A stretch of 64,000 nt of DNA from the NCBI GenBank assembly GCA_045603405.1, contig JAZUMA010000025.1:7074-71073 (forward strand). Reading direction: 5' to 3'. Position 1 is the first letter of the stretch. Each line of letters begins with the position of its first letter. The notes below the pieces were generated by a model. The model saw only the letters and a program-made list of their open reading frames with translations. It searched no databases and was not told where the DNA came from. Position numbers and translations under genes: made by a program. Positions 58,179 through 64,000 of this stretch are shown one piece after another. The stretch is from Alphaproteobacteria bacterium. Lineage in GTDB: Bacteria; Pseudomonadota; Alphaproteobacteria; RF32; CAG-239.

Positions 58179-59015
58179 TCATCGGTAGTTTTTCTGATTC
58201 TGTTTAGTTGTTATTTTTTTCTGAATTCGATTAGCTGAAAGCAATGTCATTGTCTTCTCTCGCCAAGTTAATAATCTCATCTTCATTTTCAAAACACGTT
58301 GTCTTACCGTAGCTATAAGATGCTTTTCTCTTACACGATACACTAAAGAGCACTTAGCATCTTCTTCTGCTGCCACCTGTAAAAACTTCTCTACACCTTT
58401 GCTCATCGGTAATTTTAAACGCAACAAATCTTGCCGAATAATAAACGCTTTTTCGGTTAAAAATTTTCCACCATTTCCTTGAGACGTATGCAAAACCATA
58501 TCACACGGATTATTATTACCGATTGCCTCATTATTGACAATTGTCACTATACTGCCACGCGCCACAAATTGTGTTTTTCCCCAAGCACTCATCAAATATA
58601 AATCATCTTCAGCCACAAAAGCTTTTCGTATTTCATTATTCTTTGTGTGCGCCGCCACTTTTTCTGCCGCCGCCACTTCGGCAAAATGCCTGCCATCATC
58701 AATATTATAACTCACTGCTACTTTATGCGGCTTTTTCACATATTGATCAAGCGAACCATCCGTACAATACCGGATATCTACTCCATCTCCTTCTTGTGCC
58801 ACATTTGACGTCTCATGAATCTTACGCCCGTCACGTGCCACCACAACAGTATCAATTCTCCTACTCTGTTCATTTTTTTTCAACTTAACGGAGATAGTTT
58901 TTTTTTGCACATAAAACACATCATCTGGATTTTGCGCCACATAATCCAACACTTCCTGCTGTGATAACGGATTTTCTTCTGTTGATTTTCTTAAACTCAC
59001 TCTATGTTTCCTCAT
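58179..59015 (-). CDS. hypothetical protein (278 aa)
   Basis: Uninterrupted ORF with basic N- and C-termini and no TM segment. No family recognised. Confidence 0.5.
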   Translation of the reverse strand: MRKHRVSLRKSTEENPLSQQEVLDYVAQNPDDVFYVQKKTISVKLKKNEQSRRIDTVVVARDGRKIHETSNVAQEGDGVDIRYCTDGSLDQYVKKPHKVAVSYNIDDGRHFAEVAAAEKVAAHTKNNEIRKAFVAEDDLYLMSAWGKTQFVARGSIVTIVNNEAIGNNNPCDMVLHTSQGNGGKFLTEKAFIIRQDLLRLKLPMSKGVEKFLQVAAEEDAKCSLVYRVREKHLIATVRQRVLKMKMRLLTWREKTMTLLSANRIQKKITTKQNQKNYR

Positions 59016-59097
59016 TATAAACCATTTAAATGATAAAGATGAATATTTAATATTGCCTAAAGAAATAAGAAAAATTATTCACAATTAAAACATCTAT

Positions 59098-59130
59098 CAA
59101 ACCAAAAGAGCACTTCCGAAGAAGTGCTCT
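59098..59130 (-). terminator. rho-independent terminator downstream of the PFOR gene
   Basis: Perfect 10-bp stem agagcacttc / gaagtgctct with loop cgaa (a TTCG tetraloop on the minus strand), followed on the minus strand by TTTTGGTTT. Confidence 0.55.
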
Positions 59131-59243
59131 TTGCATAGGATGGAATAAAATGCTGTGCTTGAAGTAAATTTTCAACTGCAGTGTACAATAAAGCGTACAT
59201 AAAGGAGAAAATTTACGATAATGACAGCTTTTTAGTACGTCCC

Positions 59244-62200
59244 TTAAACAGCCTCAGAAGTTTTATCCTGCTCTGTTTCCACTTTATACTCACTCATATG
59301 CTCTAACAGAGAACGTTTTTCGATAACATCCTCTTGAGCTTTATTGAGTAATGTATTGTAACGTTCCGGATTCATCTTATTGACAACTTGGAAACGTGTT
59401 TCAGAAGACATATAGTCTGCCAAAGGTTTCGAAGGAGCCTTAGAATCAAGCATCAAAGGAGCTTTACCCAGTTTTATGTTTTCCGGGTTATAACGATACA
59501 ACGGCCAAGAACCGGTCTCAACAGCATCTTTCTGATGAGCCAAACCATCAGCCATATTCAAACCTTGGTTAATACAGTGAGAATATGCAATAATGAGTGA
59601 CGGACCGTCATAAGCCTCAGCTTCATTCATCGCTTTAATAACTTGGCTGTCATTAGCACCCATAGCTACTTGAGCAACATAAACACTACCATAAGACATC
59701 GCAATCATTGCCAAATCTTTCTTCGGTAATTCTTTTCCTGCTGTCGCAAATTTAGCGCTTGCACCCATCGGCGTTGCTTTAGATTGTTGACCGCCGGTAT
59801 TAGAGTAAACACCAGTATCAACAACCAAGATATTAACATTACGACCGGATGCAATAGCGTGGTCTAAACCGCCGAAACCGATATCATATGCCCAACCGTC
59901 ACCACCGATAATCCAAACGGATTTTTTGATGAGATAATCAGCAACTTCATTAAGCAATTTAGCCTCTTCGCTGTTCATCTTAGCCAATTGAGCCCGCAAT
60001 TCTTTAACATTATCACGTTGTGCATCAATTTCAGCATCTGTTGTTTGCGGATTAGCTAAAATTTTATCAGCAATACCACCTAATTGATCTTTTAAGGTAC
60101 TCAGCAAATGTTTTGCTTTTTCTTCACTTTGGTCAATAGAGATACGCATACCTAAGCCGAATTCCGCATTATCTTCAAACAAAGAGTTTGCCCAAGCCGG
60201 CCCATGACCTTTTTCATCTTTAGCATAAGGTGTTGTCGGCAAGTTACCGGAATAAATAGAAGAGCAACCTGTTGCATTAGCAACCACCATTCTATCACCG
60301 AAGAGTTGCGTTAACAACTTAATATAAGGCGTTTCACCGCAGCCGGCACAAGCACCTGAATATTCAAACAACGGTTGAATCATCTGCGTTGTCTTCGGTA
60401 AGTTCTTTTGGACCTCTGTCCGTTTTACATAAGGTAAAGTCTCAAAGAACTTCCAATTTGCCTTTTCTTCTTCAAGATGATTTTCAATATGGTCCATATT
60501 GATAGCATGCAATTCCGGATTTTCTTTATTCTTAGCCGGACAAGCTGAGGTACAAAGACCGCAACCGGTACAATCTTCTGCAGAAATCTGCAAAATAAAT
60601 TTCTTACCGGCAAATTCTTTACCCTTATAATCAGCAGATTTCAAAGTTGCCGGGGCCTTTGCCAATTGCGCATCGTCAGCCACTTTCATCCGAATAACAC
60701 CATGCGGACAAACAATTGAACATTTGCCGCATTGGATACAAGCTGTCGGATCCCATACCGGAATTTCAGTTGCGATACAACGTTTTTCATATTGTGTTGT
60801 AGCTGTCGGCCATGTACCGTCCACAACTTCTTGCAATTCAGATGTTGTAATGCTATCACCTTTATCTGCAATCAATTTTGCTGTCAAACCTTGAACAAAT
60901 TTAGGTGCACTTGCCGGAACAGGAGCTAAGCGATGATATTTAGATGTCACATGATCCGGATAGCTAACTTCAAACATATGCTCTAAAGAAGCATCAACCG
61001 CCGCGTAGTTCTTTTGCACAATTGCATCACCTTTTTTAGAATAAGTCTTCTTAATAGCAGCTTTAATTTGTGCGATAGCTTCATCTTTAGGAAGAATGTT
61101 GGAAATAGCAAAGAAGCAAGCCTGCATAATTGTATTAATGCGTGCGCCCATACCTGTTGCACGAGCCACTTCTACAGCATTAATCGTATAGAACTTCAAC
61201 TTCTTTTCAATAATTTGTTCTTGCACTTCAATCGGCAAATGATCCCAAACTTCATCATACTTATATGGTGCATTTAATAAGAATGTACCACCCTTCTTGG
61301 CAATATGCAAAATATCAACCTTATTCATAAATTGGAATTGGTGACAAGCAACAAAATCAGCTTGATTAATCAGATAAGCCGAACGGATCGGATTATCGGA
61401 AAAACGCAAGTGAGAAGTTGTCATAGATCCTGATTTACGAGAGTCATACACAAAGTAGCCTTGTCCGTATTTACCGGCATCTTCGGCAATAATTTTAATT
61501 GAATTCTTATTAGCACCAACCGTACCGTCAGCACCCAAGCCGAAGAATACGGCACGGACAACATCATCCGGCTCAACATCAAAGCTGGTATCATAATTTA
61601 AAGATTTATGAGTTACATCATCTGTAATACCAACTGTAAAACCATTGATTGGCTTTGCCGCAACTGCATTATCAAATACAGCTTTTGCCATTGCCGGTGT
61701 AAATTCTTTAGAAGACAAACCATAACGACCGCCATAAATTTTCGGCAAGCTCTTGATTTGATCGTTAGAGAAAGCTTGAGATAAAGCTGTCACAACATCT
61801 AAGTATAACGGCTCACCTAAAGAACCTGATTCTTTAGTTCTATCCAAAACAGAAACAGTTTTAACCGTAGCAGGCATAACCTTGAGGAAAGCTTCTGTCG
61901 GGAACGGACGATACAAATGAACTTTCAAGACGCCGAGTTTAGAACCATGAGCATTTAAGTATTCAATTGCTTCTTCAACTGTTTCAGCTCCGGATCCCAT
62001 AACCACGATAACATTTTCGGCATCTTTAGCACCGCTATAGTCAACAACATGATATTGCCGACCGGTAATTTTTGCAAACTTATCCATTTCCTCTTGCACG
62101 ATACCTGGAACAGCATCATAATATTTATTAGCTGCTTCACGACCTTGGAAGAACACATCCGGATTTTGTGCCGTACCGCGAATAACCGGCGCTTCTGGTT

Positions 62201-62828
62201 TAAGTGCATTCTTAACGGCAAATTTATAATCAACACCATCAAGCATAGCCCGTAAATCATCATCAGAAATCAATTTAATTTTTTTAATTTCGTGTGAAGT
62301 TCTGAAACCGTCAAAGAAATGCATAAAAGGCACACGCGAACGCAATGTCGAAGTTTGCGCAATAGCTGCCATATCATGAGCTTCCTGCACGGAATTAGAG
62401 CACAACATAGCAAAACCGGTTTGACGACAACTCATAACATCGGAATGATCCCCATAAATAGAAAGAGCATGATATGCAAGTGAGCGCGCTGCAACATGCA
62501 TAACAAACGGAGAGAGTTCACCGGCAATTTTATACATATTCGGAATCATTAACAATAAGCCTTGCGAAGCCGTAAAGGTCGTCGTCAAAGCACCTGCCTG
62601 CAAAGAACCATGGCAAGCACCGGCAGCACCTGCTTCGGACTGCATTTCCTGCACAAACGGCACAACTCCCCAAAGGTTTTTCTGAGAAGCTGATGACCAT
62701 GCATCTGCCCATTCGCCCATCGGTGAAGATGGAGTAATCGGGTAGATAACGCAGACTTCATTCATACGGTGGGCAACAGAAGCGGCCGCTTCGTTAGCAT
62801 CCATCATTTTCATTTTAACATCTGACAT
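59244..62828 (-). CDS. nifJ: pyruvate:ferredoxin (flavodoxin) oxidoreductase, single-polypeptide NifJ/YdbK type
   Basis: 1194 aa. Two 4Fe-4S ferredoxin motifs (CIQCGKCSIVCPH, CTGCGLCTSACP), a TPP-binding domain (GGDGWAYDIGFGGLDH, GDG-type), and a colinear N-terminal transketolase-like domain. Confidence 0.97.
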   Translation of the reverse strand: MSDVKMKMMDANEAAASVAHRMNEVCVIYPITPSSPMGEWADAWSSASQKNLWGVVPFVQEMQSEAGAAGACHGSLQAGALTTTFTASQGLLLMIPNMYKIAGELSPFVMHVAARSLAYHALSIYGDHSDVMSCRQTGFAMLCSNSVQEAHDMAAIAQTSTLRSRVPFMHFFDGFRTSHEIKKIKLISDDDLRAMLDGVDYKFAVKNALKPEAPVIRGTAQNPDVFFQGREAANKYYDAVPGIVQEEMDKFAKITGRQYHVVDYSGAKDAENVIVVMGSGAETVEEAIEYLNAHGSKLGVLKVHLYRPFPTEAFLKVMPATVKTVSVLDRTKESGSLGEPLYLDVVTALSQAFSNDQIKSLPKIYGGRYGLSSKEFTPAMAKAVFDNAVAAKPINGFTVGITDDVTHKSLNYDTSFDVEPDDVVRAVFFGLGADGTVGANKNSIKIIAEDAGKYGQGYFVYDSRKSGSMTTSHLRFSDNPIRSAYLINQADFVACHQFQFMNKVDILHIAKKGGTFLLNAPYKYDEVWDHLPIEVQEQIIEKKLKFYTINAVEVARATGMGARINTIMQACFFAISNILPKDEAIAQIKAAIKKTYSKKGDAIVQKNYAAVDASLEHMFEVSYPDHVTSKYHRLAPVPASAPKFVQGLTAKLIADKGDSITTSELQEVVDGTWPTATTQYEKRCIATEIPVWDPTACIQCGKCSIVCPHGVIRMKVADDAQLAKAPATLKSADYKGKEFAGKKFILQISAEDCTGCGLCTSACPAKNKENPELHAINMDHIENHLEEEKANWKFFETLPYVKRTEVQKNLPKTTQMIQPLFEYSGACAGCGETPYIKLLTQLFGDRMVVANATGCSSIYSGNLPTTPYAKDEKGHGPAWANSLFEDNAEFGLGMRISIDQSEEKAKHLLSTLKDQLGGIADKILANPQTTDAEIDAQRDNVKELRAQLAKMNSEEAKLLNEVADYLIKKSVWIIGGDGWAYDIGFGGLDHAIASGRNVNILVVDTGVYSNTGGQQSKATPMGASAKFATAGKELPKKDLAMIAMSYGSVYVAQVAMGANDSQVIKAMNEAEAYDGPSLIIAYSHCINQGLNMADGLAHQKDAVETGSWPLYRYNPENIKLGKAPLMLDSKAPSKPLADYMSSETRFQVVNKMNPERYNTLLNKAQEDVIEKRSLLEHMSEYKVETEQDKTSEAV

Positions 62829-63044
62829 TTATAAATATCCTTAAAAAAAATTACAAAGGAGATATAGAAGATTGCCATACACAAAAAAATACCGGCGCCC
62901 TTCCCTGTTCTCCGATTCTTATTGATTAACACCGTCAAGCTATCATACCGACAACAAAAATCAAGCATTTTTTAATTAAGCCTTGCAAAATATAATAGAC
63001 AATATATACTAAAGTCGCTTGATTATAAAATAGAGGAATATCGG

Positions 63045-63641
63045 ATGCCTAAAAAGATAAAACGCCATAAAAAACTATATCGTGTACTAAAAAGAAAATG
63101 GTTAAAACCTGCATTATACACTTTAGCCATGAGCATAGTTATATATATGTGCGCTTCAAGTTTTGTAATACAAAAAAAAGTTATTGAGCATAAGCGCCCG
63201 CATTTTCTGATCACGCGCCTTTCAGACAATTTTGATGAAGTAGAGTTTATGCATCTTCTTCTTACTATCCAAGAAATAACCTATATTCCCAAAGCTTCTT
63301 CTCAATTACTGGAATTTGCCAATGGTCCCTACCCTGGCATTTGCCCGAGTTTCTTAAAGCAGCACCTTAATAACATGAACTGGCAACCGCAAGCTTTTTT
63401 AATACGGTTAAAAAAGATTTTTGCCATGCATGAAGATTATGACCGTTTGCAACGCTTAGAAAATACCATAACATTTTTAAGCGAAGAATATAAACAGAAT
63501 CGTTTACCCAGAGAAACACAAAATCAAATTGACCTGCTCATTCAAGAAAGAGACAATCTTAAAAATACAAAATTCACCCCTGAATCATATAGTTTTATAG
63601 AAAAATATGCCGGCTTAATTCAAAGCATAAAAAATAACTAA
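63045..63641 (+). CDS. hypothetical membrane-anchored protein (198 aa)
   Basis: Basic N-terminus, one TM helix (ALYTLAMSIVIYMCASSFVI), helical C-terminal part. No family recognised. Confidence 0.45.
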   Translation: MPKKIKRHKKLYRVLKRKWLKPALYTLAMSIVIYMCASSFVIQKKVIEHKRPHFLITRLSDNFDEVEFMHLLLTIQEITYIPKASSQLLEFANGPYPGICPSFLKQHLNNMNWQPQAFLIRLKKIFAMHEDYDRLQRLENTITFLSEEYKQNRLPRETQNQIDLLIQERDNLKNTKFTPESYSFIEKYAGLIQSIKNN

Positions 63642-63714
63642 TTGTTTATTTTAAACCTCTTGATTTGTTGACGATAAGCACTATATCCCTGTTAAACTCA
63701 AATAAGGAGGCAAC

Positions 63715-64000
63715 ATGGAAATATATTTGTTTATTGCATTAGTTTTTATTTATTTTTTAACCGTTCTTATCTTACCCCCAAAAGTACAGCGTCAAATTTG
63801 GACACTAGCTTTCATTGCTTCATTTATTGTCACATCTGTTGCCATTTATTATATTAAAATATATGCCGATGAAACATTAATGAAAGTCGGCGAACTCAAC
63901 TGGTATTACATATTATATGTTTTCGGCTCGTTAAGCATAATTTTAGGTGTAATTAATTTATGGATATACAAAAGCAATTTACTTAATCTTTTCCGAAGTT
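63715..64000 (+). CDS. membrane protein, N-terminal fragment (runs off the right edge)
   Basis: Strong AAGGAGG RBS 4 nt upstream. Hand translation MEIYLFIALVFIYFLTVLILPPKVQRQIWTLAFIASFIVTSVAIYYIKIYADETLMKVGELNWYYILYVFGSLSIILGVINLWIYKSNLLNLFRS stays open to position 64000. Three TM helices. Confidence 0.5.
   Translation, partial: MEIYLFIALVFIYFLTVLILPPKVQRQIWTLAFIASFIVTSVAIYYIKIYADETLMKVGELNWYYILYVFGSLSIILGVINLWIYKSNLLNLFRS

Noticed and set aside
1-64000. CRISPR arrays, cas genes, integrases, transposases, IS inverted repeats, reverse transcriptases, restriction-modification or known defence genes
   Set aside because: I read through all intergenic regions and all ORF translations and found no regularly spaced repeats and no recognisable catalytic motifs of these families. 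The only repeat pair outside coding sequence is the tRNA-Ser-associated 43-mer.

Overview
Visibly AT-rich bacterial chromosomal segment with about 50 protein genes and two tRNAs, mostly housekeeping. Local synteny (hfq-hflX; yqeY-dnaG...rpoD; MJ0042 zinc-ribbon gene divergent from ftsE-ftsX; ydcF-plsC-hemW) and alpha-like ThrRS and Hfq sequences suggest an alphaproteobacterium. A 1194-aa pyruvate:ferredoxin oxidoreductase plus the [FeFe]-hydrogenase maturases HydE and HydF suggest an anaerobic, probably host- or gut-associated lineage. This taxonomy is inference from memory; no search was possible. Other content includes LPS genes (kdsB, pagP), glycogen genes (malQ, glgA-like), a 9.2-kb Pmp-repeat autotransporter, aqpZ, dnaJ, lysS and thrS. 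I found no CRISPR array, integrase, transposase, reverse transcriptase, restriction-modification or toxin-antitoxin genes, so no classical defence or mobile system is visible. The best candidates for something undescribed are: (1) a tightly packed three-gene unit where a ScsB/DsbD-like membrane protein lacking its relay cysteines sits directly before hydF and a flavin-reductase-like gene; (2) a roughly 230-bp block next to tRNA-Ser, bounded by 43-nt direct repeats and containing tRNA 3'-end fragments; (3) an orphan 666-aa gene on the opposite strand between dnaG and rpoD; (4) a Staphylococcus/Streptococcus-type murG overlapping rmuC; (5) several orphan ORFs with eukaryote-like or pilin-like features. 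All functional calls rest on motif recognition from the given translations and need database confirmation.
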